Source of the DNA: Octopus bimaculoides
Taxonomy: Eukaryota
Direction: 5' to 3'
Length of the DNA: 64,000 nucleotides
Assembly: GCF_001194135.2 (NCBI RefSeq)
Contig: NC_068987.1
Coordinates: 96,472,715-96,536,714, forward strand
Part shown: piece by piece, positions 63,761-64,000 of the stretch
Layout of the letters: each line of letters starts with the position of its first letter
How positions within the stretch are numbered: position 1 is the stretch's first letter
Translations under genes and position numbers: made by a program
The notes under the pieces: generated by a model
The model's input: the letters and a program-made list of their open reading frames with translations, nothing else
What the model was told of the DNA's origin: nothing
Database searches by the model: none

Positions 63761-64000
63761 AACTTCAGCAAACATAACCAACTGAATAGTCTGTATCAGA
63801 CAACACATGTAAGATATTGGTGTGGGTGTATGTACATATGTATTTATGTAGATAGATATATAGACAGAAACAGAGAGAGAGAGAGAGAGAGAGAGGCTCA
63901 GACAGATTATTAGAGAGAGAGGGAAAGAGAGAGAGTCAGAAAGTGAAGAAAAGAGTTTGAAAGTATTTGAGAGAACAAAAGAAAATTCAAATGAAAGTTC

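Noticed and set aside
59269-64000. Search for the preceding RUFY exon here, and for the following exon in 1-5624
   Set aside because: No candidate with suitable splice sites and coiled-coil translation was found by eye; they probably lie outside the window.

Overview
AT-rich, repeat-dense eukaryotic DNA from an octopus; Octopus bimaculoides is plausible from the gene content, SINE families and gap style, but that is inference. Two genes are recognisable. (1) Two minus-strand coiled-coil exons of a RUFY1/2-like gene (59101-59268 and 5625-5722) splice in frame to each other across one ~53.4 kb intron. (2) The octopus GnRH/corazonin-type neuropeptide precursor (mature pQNYHFSNGWHPG-amide; CDS 47592-47798 + 49209-49271, 89 aa) lies on the + strand entirely inside that intron, i.e. 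nested antisense. It has predicted non-coding first (~43341-43397) and last (from ~49913) exons. The rest is transposon-derived: several tRNA-derived SINE families, R4/Dong-like, RTE and CR1/L2 LINE fragments, a decayed mariner interrupted by a hAT MITE with intact TSDs, piggyBac-type and TA-TSD MITEs, and Penelope-like pieces with minimal hammerhead-ribozyme folds. There are also several long foldbacks, some apparently carrying locally copied sequence, plus microsatellites and N gaps. Repeat boundaries are approximate and read by eye.
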